This document shows, piece after piece, positions 38,190 to 39,158 of a DNA stretch of 39,158 bases (the stretch's first letter is position 1; each line of letters starts with the position of its first letter). A program made the translations under genes and the position numbers. The notes beneath the pieces were generated by a model. The model saw only the letters and a list, made by a program, of their open reading frames with translations. It made no database searches and was not told the origin of the DNA. The stretch spans positions 1-39,158 of the forward strand of contig JBIPSI010000042.1 in NCBI GenBank assembly GCA_044070495.1. The letters are read 5' to 3'. Source of the DNA: Spirulina sp. (GTDB taxonomy: Bacteria > Cyanobacteriota > Cyanobacteriia > Phormidesmidales > Phormidesmidaceae).

Positions 38190-38666
38190 TTAGTCGGGTG
38201 TCGCCGTAACAGCAACATTGAAGGCGTAACCATTAGCAGCGGGAATGGTGGCGTTCGCTGTATAGGTCATGTTCACGGTCACTTCCTGGGCCGTCACGGC
38301 GGCAAGAGCTGCTGCAGGAGTACCCACAGTGGCTGTATTTGCGCCATATCCAGCCGAGGCCGTGCTAGCAGAAAGTGTGAGGCCCGTAGCTGGTGCGCCG
38401 TTCGCTACCGGTGCAGCTACGGCCAGGGTAAATGCCGTGTTGCAGGTGAGGTCAACGGTACCAGCAACTCCACCGGTAGCGGTACTGGATAAGGTGTCAA
38501 ATCCATCGAGCACCAGCGTGCCTGCGGCAACATTACTAAACGTACAAGTTTTCGGAACATCGCCACTGAAACCAATATTTTCAGCCTTGGCCATGCCGGT
38601 ACCTACAAGGAAGCTAGCGGCAACGAGGGAGGACGCAATGGCGGTTGTTTTGAGCAGATGACACAT
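38190..38666 (-). CDS. Secreted pilin-like subunit 1 (candidate major subunit)
   Basis: Signal peptide ending MAKA; ENIGFSGDVPKTC donor-strand-like N-terminus; second Cys in VDLTCN; C-terminus GYAFNVAVTATP. Confidence 0.72.
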   Translation of the reverse strand: MCHLLKTTAIASSLVAASFLVGTGMAKAENIGFSGDVPKTCTFSNVAAGTLVLDGFDTLSSTATGGVAGTVDLTCNTAFTLAVAAPVANGAPATGLTLSASTASAGYGANTATVGTPAAALAAVTAQEVTVNMTYTANATIPAANGYAFNVAVTATPD

Positions 38667-39017
38667 AACAATCTCAACTTTCCTTAGGACTGAATGGTTG
38701 AATTGGTAGATGATCTCTAATGGCTAAACGCTTTATTTACCCGATAGGATGTCGGCCAATTCAATATCACAATACGACTTTTATAACTAATCAGATACCG
38801 TAAAATCACCCAGGAGAGGCTAGAAGAAAATACGGACAAATCTTAAGCTTTTTTTGAAAATATATCCTTATTAAATGCTTACTTTCTTTGTCGAAGGATA
38901 TTTGGTTGCAATGACGAAATGCGGATAGCCCTACTGTCTTCCTCTAGGATGGGGTGTCAGAACATTGTATTGAAGCGTTGGTATTTCTAGTGGTAAGGCT
39001 CTGTCTGCTGAGACGTG

Positions 39018-39158
39018 GGGAGCATGTCACCTTTGCAATAAGCAATTATGCTTAATTGTAGGTAGCGGTGAACCAATCAAGCCATTGAGATAAGCACAGC
39101 GATGAGCTAACACTTGTGGAACGTTCTCTCGCTTCCATTGCGCTCCTGATATCTGCAC
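39018..39158 (-). mobile_element. End of an ISKra4-like insertion sequence, truncated by the window edge
   Basis: Terminal-repeat-like GGGAGCATGTCACCTTTGCAA (39018-39038) overlaps the transposase stop codon. Confidence 0.75.
39027..39158 (-). CDS. ISKra4-family transposase C-terminus, partial
   Basis: Manual translation ...VQISGAQWKRENVPQVLAHRCAYLNG...LLQR*, typical of cyanobacterial ISKra4 transposase ends. Confidence 0.8.
   Translation of the reverse strand: MQISGAQWKRENVPQVLAHRCAYLNGLIGSPLPTIKHNCLLQR

Noticed and set aside
38667..39017. CRP box or c-di-GMP riboswitch upstream of the fimbrial operon
   Set aside because: Only a lone TCACA half-site (38767-38771) and no recognisable riboswitch consensus were seen.
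1..39158. Whole window as a composite transposon bounded by two IS elements
   Set aside because: The two IS ends belong to different families and the interior is mostly core housekeeping genes.

Overview
Chromosomal window from a GC-rich (roughly 58% by eye) cyanobacterium, probably a filamentous Leptolyngbya/Nodosilinea-like organism. It is cut at both ends inside insertion sequences: an IS1/IS6-like zinc-ribbon transposase start on the left and an ISKra4-like transposase end on the right. Core genes include sigC, hpsP, a class-V aminotransferase, hslO, ureD, pstSCAB behind a six-unit Pho-box array, argG, the DegT-cyanoexosortase B locus and a SagB/ThcOx-like oxidoreductase. A gifB (IF17) homologue has an NtcA box over its -10 and a glutamine riboswitch. 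The strongest candidate for a little-described system is a four-gene chaperone-usher-like fimbrial operon (33945-38666): a major pilin with a donor strand, a second pilin without one, a PapD-like chaperone and an atypical usher-like protein. Other accessory features are a wHTH-TIR-TM protein that seems to lack the WD40 propeller usual in its family, a Zn-ribbon/RelE-ParE-like small protein, c-di-GMP modules (cNMP-EAL; MEDS plus PAS-GGDEF), a possibly frameshifted J-like/M50 gene, a STAS pseudogene fragment and an apparent absence of HIP1. All family calls come from motif recognition; no searches were run.
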